From positions 22,382,001-22,446,000 of the forward strand of contig JBHGNT010000008.1 of NCBI GenBank assembly GCA_043228905.1: a DNA stretch of 64,000 nucleotides. Reading direction: 5' to 3'. Position numbers and translations under genes: made by a program. The notes under the pieces were generated by a model. The model searched no databases. It saw only the letters and a list, made by a program, of their open reading frames with translations, and was not told the DNA's origin. The DNA is from Azolla caroliniana (Eukaryota; Plantae; Polypodiophyta). Shown piece after piece: positions 25,364-40,420 of the stretch. How positions within the stretch are numbered: position 1 is the stretch's first letter; each line of letters begins with the position of its first letter.

Positions 25364-26229
25364 TGTTGGGAGACAGGTCCCTTCGGACCGGATGAGCAGT
25401 ACCCGGCTACGGAGAGCCGGATGGTGCACACCCGGTGAAGACCGGATGAGGAGTACCCGGCTACGGAGAGCCGGATGATGCAGACCCGGTGAAGACCGGA
25501 TGAGTAGTACCCGGCTACGGAGAACCGGATGATGCAGACCCGGTGAAGACCGGATGAGGAGTACCCGGCTACGGAGAGCCGGATGATGCAGACCCGGTGA
25601 AGACCGGATGAGGAGTACCCGGCTACGGAGAGCCGGATGATGGAGGCCCGGTGAAGACTGGATGAGGAGTACCCGGCTACAGAGAGGCGGATGATGCAGA
25701 CCCAGTGAAGACCAGATGAGGAGAACCCGGCTACGGAGAGCCGGATGGTGCTGACCCGGTGAGGAATGCTCACCGAATTAAGAGACATATTCGTAAATAT
25801 GTTTCTGAGAGCCCATCGAGGCTATATTTGAAAATAGCAAAAAAGTCACATTAGTATAAATATGACTTAGGGGACACTTTTAGGTTGTTGTTATTCTTGT
25901 TGGTACAAGAAAAGAGAGAGCGCGTAACTGTGTACAGAGAGACAGAGAGAGAGAGAAAGATGTCGTTGCCTCTGCTGTAACCGCCGCCTGTGGCGAAGAT
26001 CGTGAGCACGAGGTCGTTGCCTCCGTGAACTCACTGTTGTACATTCTAGCATAGTGATAGTTTGCAACCTGTGGGCTGCCGTGGTTTTTCCCTCTTTGGT
26101 TTTTACACGTAAACATCCTGTGCACTCATTTCTTCTTCGTGTCGTGTTTTATTTCCCGTTTTTTCAGTGGATGATTCTAAGCTCGGTTGTGGCCGAGCGT
26201 TGTGCAAAAGGAGCCTTGAGTTCCCGTCA
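25364..26229 (+). mobile_element. Solo LTR (866 bp) with an internal 54-bp minisatellite
   Basis: TG...CA ends (TGTTGGGA...TCCCGTCA). 5-bp TSD AATCG at 25359-25363 and 26230-26234. TATA-like GTATAAATA near 25854; GTGGTTTTTCCC motif; no coding sequence. Confidence 0.9.
25387..25762 (+). repeat. 54-bp CCGG-rich tandem repeat, 7 copies, in the LTR U3 region
   Basis: Unit ACCGGATGAGGAGTACCCGGCTACGGAGAGCCGGATGATGCAGACCCGGTGAAG starts at 25387, 25441, 25495, 25549, 25603, 25657 and 25711. Confidence 0.95.
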
Positions 26230-29200
26230 AATCGAAGCTAACAACGGTAGTTATGATATGCAATTAAAAAATCAAGATTTTAAAACTCAGGTCGAGAGAC
26301 ATGTAGAAAATAGCCAACTTGAGTCGGTCGTACACAAGAGCCCGTTAGTAAATGAAAATGTTCATACGTGGCCCGTGTGATATCGGATTTTTGTGTTCAA
26401 ATATGTGAATCATAGCTAACAACGCTAGCTATGATATGCAGTTAAAAAATCAAGATTTTGAAACTCAGGTCGAGAGACATGAAGAAAATAGCAAACCTGA
26501 GGAGGTCGTAGAGAAGAGCCCGTTAGTAAATGAAAATGTTCATACCTGGCTCGTGTTATATCGGATTTTTGTGTTCAAATATGCGAATCGAAGCTAACAA
26601 CGATAGGTATGATATGGATTTGAAAAATCAGGATCTTGAAACCAAGCTAGTTATGATATCCAATTAAAAAATCAAGATTTTGAAACTCAGGTCGACATAC
26701 ATGAGAAAATTACCAAATTTGAGGAGGGAGTTGAGAAGAGCGCCTGAGTAAATTAAAATGTTCATACTTAGCTCGTGTGATATCGGATTTCAGTGTTCAA
26801 ACATGCGAATCGAAGCTAACAACGGTAGCTATGATATGGAGTTAGAAAATCAAGATTTTGAAACTTAGGTCGATGTATATGAACGAAGTACATAATTTGA
26901 GGAGGGAGTTGAGAGGAGCGCGTGAGTAAATTAAAATGTACATACCCGGCTCGTGTGACATCGGATTTTAGTGTTGAAACATGCGAATCGAAGCTAACAA
27001 CACTAGCTATGAGAGGGAATTAAGAAATCAAGATTTTGAAACTCAGGTCGACAGACATGAAGAAATTAATAAATTAGAGGAGAGAGTTGAGAAGAGCCCG
27101 TGAGTAAATGAAAATGTTCATAACTGGGTCCTGTGATATCGGATTTCAGTGTTCAAACATGCAAATCGAATCTAACAACGCTAGCTATGATATAGAATTA
27201 AAAAATCAAGATTTTCAAACTTAGGTCGATATATATGAACGAAGTACCAAATTTGAGGAGGGAGTTGAGAGGAGCGCGTGAGTAAATTAAAATGTTCATA
27301 CCTGGCTCGTGTGATATCGGATTTTAGTGTTCAAACATGCGAATCGAAGCTAACAACACTAGTTATGAGATGGAATTAAAAAATCAAGATTTTGAAACTC
27401 AGGTCGACAGGCATGAAGAAATTAATAAATTAGAGGAGGGAGTTGAGAAGAGCCCGTGAGTAAATTAAAATGTTCATAACTGGGTCCTGTGATATCGGAT
27501 TTTAGTGTTCAAACATGCAAATCGAATCTAACAACGCTAGCTATGATATAGAATTAAAAAATCAAGATTTTCAAACTTAGGTCGATATATATGAATGAAG
27601 TACCAAATTTGAGGAGGGGGTTGAGAGGAGCGCGTGAGTAAATTAAAATGTTCATACCTGGCTCGTGTGATATCGGATTTTAGTGTTCAAACATGCGAAT
27701 CGAAGCTAACAACACTAGCTATGAGATGGAATTAAAAAATCAAGATTTTGAAACTCAGGTCGACAGACATGAAGACATTAATAAATTAGAGGAGAGAGTT
27801 GAGAAGAGCCCGTGAGTAAATTAAAATGTTCATAACTGGGTCCTGTGATCCCGGATTTTAGTTTTCAAAGATGCGAATCGAAGCTAACAATGCTACCTAT
27901 GATATGGAATATAAAAAATCAAGATTTTAAAACTCAGATCGACAGACATGAAAATATTACCAAATTTGAGGAGGGAGTTGAGAAAAGCGCCTACGTAAAT
28001 AATAAAGTTCATAGCTGGCACGTGTGATATCGGATTTTAGTGTTCAAACATGCGAAACGAAGCTAACAAGGCTAGCTATGATATGGAATTAAAATATCAA
28101 GATTTTGAAACTAAGGTGAGAGACATGAAGAAATTAGTAAATTAGAGGAGGGAGTTGAGAAGAGCCCGAGAGTAAATTAAAATGTTCATACCTGGCTCGT
28201 GTGATATGGAATTAAAAAATCAAGATTTTAAAACTTAGGTTGATAGATATGAACGAATTACCAAATTTGAGGAGGGAGTTGAGAGGAGCGTGTGAGTAAA
28301 TTAAAATGTTCATATCTGGCTCGTGTGATCCCGGATTATGGAATAAAAAAAATCAAGATTTCAAAACTCAGGTCGACTGACATGAAGAAATTACCAAATT
28401 TGAGGAGGGAGTTGAGAAAAGCGCTTGAGTAAATTAAAATGTTCATACCTAGCTCGTGTGATATCGGATTTCAGTGTTCAAACATGAAAATCGAATCTAA
28501 CAACGCTAGCTATGATATGGAATTAAAAAATCAAGATTTTGAAACTCAGGTCGAGATACATGAAGAAATTACCAAATTTGAGGAGGGAGTTGAGAAGAGC
28601 CCGAGACAAAATTAAAATGTTCAGACCTGGCTCGTGTGATATCAGATTATAGTGTTCAGACCTCGCCCATGTGATATGCGATTTTAGTGTTCAAACATGC
28701 GAATCGAAGCTAACAATAGTAGCTATGATATGGAATTAAAAAATCAAGATTTTGAAACTTAGGTCGAGAGACATGAAGAAATTACCAAATTTGAGGAGGG
28801 AGTTGAGAAGAGCTCGTGAGTAAATTAAAATGTTCATACCTGGCCCATGTGATATGCGATTTTAGTGTTTAAACATGCGAATCGAAGCTAACAACGCTAG
28901 CTATGATATGGAATTAAAAAATCAAGATTTTGAAACTCAGGTCGAGAGACATGAGGAAATTACCAAATTTCAGGAGGGAGTTGAGAAGAGCTCGTGAGTA
29001 AATTAAAATGTTCATACCTGGCCCATGTGATATGCGATTTTAGTGTTCAAACATGCGAATCGAAGCTAACAACAGTAGCAATGGTATGGAATTAAAAAAT
29101 CAAGATATGACGAAATTAGCAAACTTGAGGAGGGAGTTGAGAGGAGCCCTTGAGTAAACGAAAATGTTCATACCTGGCTCGTGTGATATCGGTTTTTTGT

Positions 29201-29746
29201 GTTCAAACATGCGAATCGAAGCTAACAAGGCTAGCTATAATATGGAATTAAAAAAATCAAGATTTTCAAACTTAGGTCGAGAGACATGACGAAATTAGCA
29301 AACTTGAGGAGGGAGTTGAGAGGAGCCCTTGAGTAAACTAGCTATGTTCATAATTTGCTCGTGTGATATCGGATTTTAGTGTTCAAACATGCGAATCGAA
29401 GCTAACAACGCTACCTATGATATGGAATTAAAAAATCAAGATTTTGAAATTCAGGTCGAGAGACATGAAGAAATTACCAAATTTGAGGAGGTAGTTAAGA
29501 AGAGCGCGTGAGTAAATTAAAATGTTCATACCTGGCCCATGTGATATCCGATTTTAGTGTTCAAACATGGGAATCGAAGCTAACAACACTAGCTATCATA
29601 TGGAATGAAAAAATCAAGATTTTGAAACTCAGGTCGAGAGACATGAAGAAATTACCAAATTTGAGGACGGAGTTGAGAAGACCGCGTATGTAAATTAAAA
29701 TATTCATACCTGGCTCGTGTGATATCGGATTTTTGTGTTCAAAGAT

Positions 29747-32700
29747 GCGAATCGAAGCTAACAACAGTAGCTATGATATGGAACTAAAAAAGCAAGATTT
29801 TGAAACTCAGGTCGAGAGACATGAAGAAATTAGTAAATTACAAGAGGGAATTGAGAAGAGCTCGTGAGTAAATTAAAATGTTCATACCTGGCTCCTGTGA
29901 GCCCGGATTATTGTGTTCAAAGATTCGAATCGAAGCTAACAACAGTAGCTATGATATGGAATTAAAAAATCAATACTTTGAAACTCAGGTCGAGAGACAT
30001 GAAGAAATTAGTAAATTAGAGGAGGGAGTTGAGAAGAGCTCCTGAGTAAATTAAAATGTTCATACCTGGCTGCTGTGATCCCGGATTATTGTGTTCAAAG
30101 ATTCGAATCAAAGATAACAACAGTAGCTATGATATGGAATTAAAAAATCAAGATTTTGAAACTGGGGTCGAGAGACATGAAGAAATTACCAAATTAGAGG
30201 AGGGAGTTGAGAAAAGCTCGTGAGTAAATTAAAATGTTCATAGCTGGCTCGTGTGATATCGGATTTTAGTGTTCAAACATGCGAATCGAAGCTAACAACG
30301 CTAGCTATGATATGGAATTAAAAAATCAAGATTTTGAAACTTAGGTCGATAGACATGAAGAAATTAAAAAATTAGAGGAGGGAGTTGAGAAGAGCCCGTG
30401 AGTAAATTAAAATGGTCATAACTGGGTCCTGTGATATCGGATTTTTTTGTTCAAAGATGCGAATCGAAGCTAACAACACTAGCTATGATATGGAATGAAA
30501 AAATCAAGATTTTGGAACTCAGGTCGAGAGACATGAAGAAATTAGTAAATTAGAGGAGGGAGTTGAGAAGAGCTCGTGAGTAAATTAAAATGTTCATACC
30601 TGGCTCCTGTGATCCCGGATTATTGTGTTCAAAGATTCGAATCGAAGATAACAACAGTAGCTATGATATGGATTTACAAAATCAAGATTTTGAAACTCAG
30701 GTCGAGAGACATGAAGAAATTAGTAAATTAGAGGAGGGAGTTGAGAAGAGCTCGTGAGTAAGTTAAGATGTTCATATCTGGCTCCTGTGATCCCGGATTA
30801 TTGTGTTCAAAGATTCGAATCGAAGCTAACAACGCAAGCTATGATATGGAATTTAAAAAACAAGATTTGGAAACTCAGGTCGAGAGACATGAAGAAATTC
30901 GCGAATTAGAGGAGGGAGTTGAGAAAAGCTCGTGAGTAAATTAAAATGTTCATAACGGGCTCGTGTGATATTGGATTTTAGTGTTCAAACATGCGAATCG
31001 AAGCTAACAACGCTAGCTATGATATGGAATTAAAAAATCAAGATTTTGAAACTGAGGTCGATAGACATGAAGAAATTACTAAATTTTGAGGAGGGAGTTG
31101 AGACGAGGCCGAGAGTAAATTAAAATGTTCATAGCTGGCTTGTGTGATATCGGATTTTTGTGTTCTAAGATGCAAATCGAAGCTAACAACACTAGCTATG
31201 ATATGGATTCAAAAAATCAAGACTTTGAAACTCAGGTCGAGAGACATGAAGAAATTACTAAATTAGAGGAGGGAGTTGAGAAGAGCTCGTGAGTAAATTA
31301 AAATGTTCATACCTGGCTGCTGTGATCCCGGATTATTGTGTTCAAAGATTCGAATCAAAGATAACAACAGTAGCTATGATATGGAATTAAAAAATCAAGA
31401 TTTTGAAACTGGGGTCGAGAGACATGAAGAAATTACCAAATTAGAGGAGGGAGTTGAGAAGAGCTCGTGAGTAAGTTAAGATGTTCATATCTGGCTCCTG
31501 TGATCCCGGATTATTGTGTTCAAAGATTCGAATCGAAGCTAACAACGCAAGCTATGATATGGAATTTAAAAAACAAGATTTGGAAACTCAGGTCGAGAGA
31601 CATGAAGAAATTCGCGAATTAGAGGAGGGAGTTGAGAAAAGCTCGTGAGTAAATTAAAAGGTTCATAACGGGCTCGTGTGATATTGGATTTTAGTGTTCA
31701 AACATGCGAATCGAAGCTAACAACGCTAGCTATGATATGGAATTAAAAAATCAAGATTTTGAAACTCAGGTCGACAGACATGAAGAAATTACTAAATTTT
31801 GAGGAGGGAGTTGAGACGAGGCCGAGAGTAAATTAAAATGTTCATAGCTGGCTTGTGTGATATCGGATTTTTGTGTTCTAGGATGCAAATCGAAGCTAAC
31901 AACACTAGCTATGATATGGATTCAAAAAATCAAGACTTTGAAACTCAGGTCGAGAGACATGAAGAAATTACTAAATTAGAGGAGGGAGTGGAGAAGAGCT
32001 CGTGAGTAAATTAAAATGTTCATACCTGGCTCGTGTGATATCGGATTTTTGTGTTCAAAGATACGAATCGAAGCTAACAACGCTAGCTATGATATGGAAT
32101 TTAAAAAACAAGATTTGGAAACTCAGGTCGAGAGACATGAAGAAATTACCAAATTAGAGGAGGGAGTTGAGAAAAGCTCGTGAGTAAATTAAAATGTTGG
32201 TAACTGGCTCGTGTGATATCGGATTTTAGTGTTCAAACATGCGAATCGAAGCTAACAACGCTAGTTATGATATGGTATTAAAAAATCAAGATTTTGAAAC
32301 TCAGGTCGACAGACTTGAAGAAATTACAAAATTTGAGGAGGGCGTTGAGAGGAGCCCTTAAGTGTAAATTAAAATATTCATAGCTGGCTCGTGTGATATC
32401 GGATTATAGTGTTGAAATATGCGAATCGAAGCTAACAACACTAGCTATGATATGGAATTAAATAATCGAGATTTTGAAACTCAGGTCGACAGACATGAAG
32501 AAATTAGTAAATTAGAGGAGGGGGTTGAGAAGAGGTCGTGAGTAAATTAAAATGTTCATATCTGGCTCCTGTGATATCGTATTTCAGTGTTCAAACATGC
32601 GAATTGAAGCTAACAACGCTACTATGATATGGAATTAAAAAATCAAGATTTTGAAACTCAGGTCGATAGACATGAAGAAATTACCAAATTTGAGGAGGTA

Positions 32701-35700
32701 GTTGAGAAAAGCGCGTGAGCAAATTAAAATGTTCATACCTGGCTCGCGTGATATTAGATTTTTGTGTTCAAAGATACAAATCGAAGCTAACAATACTTGC
32801 TATGATATGGAATTAGAAAATCAAGATTTTGAAACTCAGGTCGACAGACATGAAGAAATTAGTAAATTAGAGGAGGGAGTTGAGAAAAGCGCTTGAGTAA
32901 ATTAAAATGTTTATACCTAGCTTGTGTGATATCGGATTTCAGTGTTCAAACATGCGAATCGAAGCTAACAACGCGAGCTATGATATGGAATTAAAAAATC
33001 AAGATTTTGAAACTCAGGTCGAGAGACATGAAGAAATTAGTAAAGTAGAGGAGGGAGTTGAGAAGAGCCCATGAGTAAATTAAATGTTCATACTTGGCTT
33101 GTGTGATATCGGATTTCAGTGTTCAAACATGCGAATCGAAGCTAACAACAGTAGCTATGATATGGAACTAAAAAAGCAAGATTTTGAAACTCAGGTCGAG
33201 AGACATGAAGAAATTAGTAAATTACAAGAGGGAATTGAGAAGAGCTCGTGAGTAAATTAAAATGTTCATACCTGGCTCCTGTGAGCCCGGATTATTGTGT
33301 TCAAAGATTCGAATCGAAGCTAACAACAGTAGCTATGATATGGAATTAAAAAATCAATACTTTGAAACTCAGGTCGAGAGACATGAAGAAATTAGTAAAT
33401 TAGAGGAGGGAGTTGAGAAGAGCTCCTGAGTAAATTAAAATGTTCATACCTGGCTGCTGTGATCCCGGATTATTGTGTTCAAAGATTCGAATCAAAGATA
33501 ACAACAGTAGCTATGATATGGAATTAAAAAATCAAGATTTTGAAACTGGGGTCGAGAGACATGAAGAAATTACCAAATTAGAGGAGGGAGTTGAGAAAAG
33601 CTCGTGAGTAAATTAAAATGTTCATAGCTGGCTCGTGTGATATCGGATTTTAGTGTTCAAACATGCGAATCGAAGCTAACAACGCTAGCTATGATATGGA
33701 ATTAAAAAATCAAGATTTTGAAACTTAGGTCGATAGACATGAAGAAATTAAAAAATTAGAGGAGGGAGTTGAGAAGAGCCCGTGAGTAAATTAAAATGGT
33801 CATAACTGGGTCCTGTGATATCGGATTTTTTTGTTCAAAGATGCGAATCGAAGCTAACAACACTAGCTATGATATGGAATGAAAAAATCAAGATTTTGGA
33901 ACTCAGGTCGAGAGACATGAAGAAATTAGTAAATTAGAGGAGGGAGTTGAGAAGAGCTCGTGAGTAAATTAAAATGTTCATACCTGGCTCCTGTGATCCC
34001 GGATTATTGTGTTCAAAGATTCGAATCGAAGATAACAACAGTAGCTATGATATGGATTTACAAAATCAAGATTTTGAAACTCAGGTCGAGAGACATGAAG
34101 AAATTAGTAAATTAGAGGAGGGAGTTGAGAAGAGCTCGTGAGTAAGTTAAGATGTTCATATCTGGCTCCTGTGATCCCGGATTATTGTGTTCAAAGATTC
34201 GAATCGAAGCTAACAACGCAAGCTATGATATGGAATTTAAAAAACAAGATTTGGAAACTCAGGTCGAGAGACATGAAGAAATTCGCGAATTAGAGGAGGG
34301 AGTTGAGAAAAGCTCGTGAGTAAATTAAAATGTTCATAACGGGCTCGTGTGATATTGGATTTTAGTGTTCAAACATGCGAATCGAAGCTAACAACGCTAG
34401 CTATGATATGGAATTAGAAAATCAAGATTTTGAAACTCAGGTCGACAGACATGAAGAAATTACTAAATTTTGAGGAGGGAGTTGAGACGAGGCCGAGAGT
34501 AAATTAAAATGTTCATAGCTGGCTTGTGTGATATCGGATTTTTGTGTTCTAAGATGCAAATCGAAGCTAACAACACTAGCTATGATATGGATTCAAAAAA
34601 TCAAGACTTTGAAACTCAGGTCGAGAGACATGAAGAAATTACTAAATTAGAGGAGGGAGTTGAGAAGAGCTCCTGAGTAAATTAAAATGTTCATACCTGG
34701 CTGCTGTGATCCCGGATTATTGTGTTCAAAGATTCGAATCAAAGATAACAACAGTAGCTATGATATGGAATTAAAAAATCAAGATTTTGAAACTGGGGTC
34801 GAGAGACATGAAGAAATTACCAAATTAGAGGAGGGAGTTGAGAAGAGCTCGTGAGTAAGTTAAGATGTTCATATCTGGCTCCTGTGATCCCGGATTATTG
34901 TGTTCAAAGATTCGAATCGAAGCTAACAACGCAAGCTATGATATGGAATTTAAAAAACAAGATTTGGAAACTCAGGTCGAGAGACATGAAGAAATTCGCG
35001 AATTAGAGGAGGGAGTTGAGAAAAGCTCGTGAGTAAATTAAAAGGTTCATAACGGGCTCGTGTGATATTGGATTTTAGTGTTCAAACATGCGAATCGAAG
35101 CTAACAACGCTAGCTATGATATGGAATTAAAAAATCAAGATTTTGAAACTCAGGTCGACAGACATGAAGAAATTACTAAATTTTGAGGAGGGAGTTGAGA
35201 CGAGGCCGAGAGTAAATTAAAATGTTCATAGCTGGCTTGTGTGATATCGGATTTTTGTGTTCTAGGATGCAAATCGAAGCTAACAACACTAGCTATGATA
35301 TGGATTCAAAAAATCAAGACTTTGAAACTCAGGTCGAGAGACATGAAGAAATTACTAAATTAGAGGAGGGAGTGGAGAAGAGCTCGTGAGTAAATTAAAA
35401 TGTTCATACCTGGCTCGTGTGATATCGGATTTTTGTGTTCAAAGATACGAATCGAAGCTAACAACGCTAGCTATGATATGGAATTTAAAAAACAAGATTT
35501 GGAAACTCAGGTCGAGAGACATGAAGAAATTACCAAATTAGAGGAGGGAGTTGAGAAAAGCTCGTGAGTAAATTAAAATGTTGGTAACTGGCTCGTGTGA
35601 TATCGGATTTTAGTGTTCAAACATGCGAATCGAAGCTAACAACGCTAGTTATGATATGGTATTAAAAAATCAAGATTTTGAAACTCAGGTCGACAGACTT

Positions 35701-36533
35701 GAAGAAATTACAAAATTTGAGGAGGGCGTTGAGAGGAGCCCTTAAGTGTAAATTAAAATATTCATAGCTGGCTCGTGTGATATCGGATTATAGTGTTGAA
35801 ATATGCGAATCGAAGCTAACAACACTAGCTATGATATGGAATTAAATAATCGAGATTTTGAAACTCAGGTCGACAGACATGAAGAAATTAGTAAATTAGA
35901 GGAGGGGGTTGAGAAGAGGTCGTGAGTAAATTAAAATGTTCATATCTGGCTCCTGTGATATCGTATTTCAGTGTTCAAACATGCGAATTGAAGCTAACAA
36001 CGCTACTATGATATGGAATTAAAAAATCAAGATTTTGAAACTCAGGTCGATAGACATGAAGAAATTACCAAATTTGAGGAGGTAGTTGAGAAAAGCGCGT
36101 GAGCAAATTAAAATGTTCATACCTGGCTCGCGTGATATTAGATTTTTGTGTTCAAAGATACAAATCGAAGCTAACAATACTTGCTATGATATGGAATTAG
36201 AAAATCAAGATTTTGAAACTCAGGTCGACAGACATGAAGAAATTAGTAAATTAGAGGAGGGAGTTGAGAAAAGCGCTTGAGTAAATTAAAATGTTTATAC
36301 CTAGCTTGTGTGATATCGGATTTCAGTGTTCAAACATGCGAATCGAAGCTAACAACGCGAGCTATGATATGGAATTAAAAAATCAAGATTTTGAAACTCA
36401 GGTCGAGAGACATGAAGAAATTAGTAAAGTAGAGGAGGGAGTTGAGAAGAGCCCATGAGTAAATTAAATGTTCATACTTGGCTTGTGTGATATCGGATTT
36501 CAGTGTTCAAACATGCGAATCGAAGCTAACAAC
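29747..36533 (+). repeat. Near-identical tandem duplication of a 19-monomer block (3384 bp, two copies)
   Basis: Unique markers recur at +3384: GAACTAAAAAAGCAAG at 29781 and 33165; identical ORFs at 32702 and 36086. Confidence 0.92.
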
Positions 36534-39500
36534 GCTAGGTATGATATGCAATTGAAAAAAAAAGATTTTAAAACTCAGGTTGAAAGGACATGAATAAATT
36601 ACAAAATATGAGGACGGAGTTGAGAATAGCGTGTGAGTAAATTAAAATGTTCATACCTGGCTCGTATGATATTGGTTTTTAGTGTTCAAACATGCGAATC
36701 AAAGGTAACAACACTAGCTGTGATATAAAATTAAAAAATGAAGATTTTGAAACTCAGGTCAACAGACAGGACGGAATTAATAAATTAGAGGAGGGAGTTG
36801 AGAAGAGCCCGTGAGTAAATAAAAATGTTCATAACTAGGTCATGTGATATCGGATTTTAGTGTTCAAACATGCGAATCGAATCTATCTACGCTAGCTATG
36901 ATATGGAATTAAAAAATTAAGATTTTCAAACTCAGGTCGAGATACATGAAGAAATTACCAAATTTGAGGAGGGAGTTGAGAAGAGCCTGAGTGAAAATTA
37001 AAATGTTCATACCTGGCTCGTGTGATATCGGATTATAGTGTTCACATGCAAATCGAACCTAAGAAGGCTACCTATGATATGGAATTAAAAAATCAAAATT
37101 TTGAAACGCAGGTCGTCAGAAATGAAGAAATTAGTAAATTAGAGGAGGGAGTGGAGAAGAGCTCGTGAGTAGATTAAAATGATCATACCTGGCTCCTGTG
37201 ATCCCGGATTATTGTGTTCAAAGATTCGAATCGAAGCTAACAACACTAGCTATGATATGGAATTAAAAAATCAAGATTTTGAAACTCCGGTCGACAGACA
37301 TGAAGAAATTAGTAAATTTGAGGAGGGAGTTGAGAAGAGCGCGTGAGTAAATTAAAATATTCATACCTAGCTCGTGTGATATCGGATTTTTCTGTTCAAA
37401 GATGCCAATCCAAGCTAACAACACTAGCTATGATATGGAATTAAAAAATCAAGATTTCAAAACTTAGATCGAGAGACATGAAGAAATTCGCGAATTAGAG
37501 GAGGGAGTTGAGAAGATCCCGAGAGTAAATTAAAATGTTCATACGTGGCCCCTGTGATATCGGATTTTAGTGTTCAAACATGCAAATCGAAGCTAACAAA
37601 GCTAGCTATGATACAAAATTAAAAAATAAAGATTTTGAAACTCAGATCGACAGACATGAAGAAATTACGAAATTTGAGGAGGGAGTTGAGTTGAGCGCGT
37701 GATTAAATTAAAATATTCATACCTGGCGCGTGTGATATCGGATTTTTGTGTTCAAAGATGCGAATCGGAGCTAACAACACTAGCTATGATATGGAATGAA
37801 AAAAATCAAGATTTTGAAACTCATGTGAGAGACATGAAGAAATTAGTAAATTACAGGAGGGAGTTGAGAAGAGGTCGTGAGTAAATTAAAATGTTAATAC
37901 CTGGCTCCTGTGATATCGGATTTGATTGTTCAAACATGCGTATCGAAGCTAACAACACTAGCTATGATATGAAATTAAAAAAATAAGATTTTAAAACTCA
38001 GGTCGACAGACATGAAGAAATTACATAATTTGAGGAGGGAGTTCAGACGAGGCCGAGAGTAAATTAAAATGTTCATAGCTGGCTTGTGTGATATCGGATT
38101 TTTGTGTTCAAAGCTGCGAATCGAAGCTAACAACACTAGCTATGATATGGAATTAATAAATCAAGATTTTGAAACTCAGGTCGAGAGACATGAAGAAATT
38201 AGTAAATTAGAGGAGGGAGTGGAGAATAGCTCGTGAGTAAATTAAAATGTTCATACCTGGCTCGTGTGATATCGGATTTTTGTGTTCAAGGATGCGAAAC
38301 GAAGCTAACAACACTAGCTATGATATGGAATTAAAAAATCAAGATTTCGAAACTTAGGTCGAGAGACATGAAGAAATTACCAAATTTGAGGAGGGAGTTG
38401 AGAAGAGCGCGTGAGTAAATTAAAATTTTCATACCTGGCCCATGTGATATCCGATTTTAGTGTTCAAACTTGCGAATCGAAGCTAACAACACTAGCTATG
38501 ATATGGAATTAGAAAATCAAGATTTTGAAAGTCTTGTCGAGAGACATGAAGAAATTACGAAATTTGAGGAGGGAGTTGAGAAGAGCGCGTGAGTAAATTA
38601 AAATATTTATACCTGGCTCGTGTGATATCGGATTTTTGTGTTCAAAGATGTGAATCGAAGCTAACAACCCTAGCTATGATAAGAAATTGAAAAATAAAGA
38701 TTTCGAAACTCAGGTCGAGAGACTTGAAGAAATTCGCGAATTAGAGGAGGGAGTTGAGAAGATCCCGAGAGTAAATTAAAATGTTCATACCTGGCCCCGG
38801 TGATATCGGATTTTTGTGTTCAAACATGCGAATCGAAGCTAACAACCCTAGCTATGATATGAAATTAAAAAATCTAGATTTCGAAACTCAGGTCGAGAGA
38901 CATGAAGAAATTCGCGAATTAGAGGATGGAGTTGAGAAGGTCCCGAGAGTAAATTAAAATGTTTATACCTGGTCCCTGTGATATCGGATTTTAGTGTTCA
39001 AACATGCGAGTCGAAGCTAACAACGCTAGCTATGATACAGAATTAAAAAAGAAAGATTTTGATACTCAGGTCGACAGACATGAAGAAATTACGAAATTTG
39101 AGGAGGGAGTTGAGATGAGCGCGTGAGTAAATTAAAATATTTATACCTCGCTCGTGTGATATCGGATTTTTGTGTTCAAAGATGCGAATTGAAGCTAACA
39201 ACCCTAGCTATGATATGAAATTAAAAAATGAAGATTTCGAAACTCAGGTCGAGAGACATGAAGAAATTCGCGAATTATAGGAGGGAGTTGAGAAGATCCC
39301 GAGAGTAAATTAAAATGTTCATACCTGGCCCCTGTGATATCGGATTTTAGTGTTCAAACATGCGAATCGAAGCTAACAACGCTAGCTATGATACAGAATT
39401 AAAATATAAAGATTTTGAAACTCAGGTTGAGAGACATGAAGAAATTACGAAATTTGAGGAGGGAGTTGAGAAGAGCACGTGAGTAAATTAAAATATTCAT

Positions 39501-40190
39501 ACTTGGCTTGTGTGATATCGGATTTTTGTGTTCAAAGATGCGAATCGCAGCTAACAGCATTAGCTATGATATGGAATTAAAAAATCAAGATTTTGAAACT
39601 TAGGTGAGAGACATGAAGAAATTAGTAAATTAGAGGAGGAATTTGAGAAGAGGTCGTGAGTAAATTAAAATGTTCATACCTGGCTCCTGTGATATCGGAT
39701 TTCAGTGTTCAAACATGCGAATTAAAGCTAACAACGCTAGCTATGATATGGAATTAATAAATCAAGATTTTGAAACTCAGGTCGATAGACATGAAGAAAT
39801 TACCAAATTTGAGGAGGGAGTTGAGAAGAGCGCGTGAGTAAATTAAAATGTTCATACCTGGCCCATGTGATATCCGATTTTAGTGTTCAAACATGCGAAT
39901 CGAAGCTAACAACACTAGCTATGATATGGAATTAGGAAATCAAGATTTTGAAACTCAGGTCGAGGGACATGAAGAAATTACCAAATTTGAGGAGGGAGTT
40001 GAGAAGAGCGCGTGAGTAAATTAAAATATTCATACCTGGCTCGTGTGATATCGAATTTTTGTGTTCAAAGATGCGAATCGAAGCTAACAACACTAGCTAC
40101 GAATTGTGAGTTCTAGACCGTGAGGTCAATACAAGGAGTGCGAAGGGTATACAATCGGTGGGTGAATGTGAGATTAAGAGTGAGAATTAT

Positions 40191-40221
<31 letters not shown>

Positions 40222-40332
40222 GAGATAGAGAGAGATATGTACAAAGAATTGTGAGTTCTAGACCGTGAGGTCAATACAAGGAGTGCGAACGGTATACAAT
40301 CGGTGGGTGAATGTGAGATTAAGAGTGAGAAT

Positions 40333-40420
<88 letters not shown>

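Noticed and set aside
25348-25788. 146-aa ORF with 18-aa repeats
   Set aside because: A by-product of the 54-bp LTR minisatellite; no sign of a real protein.
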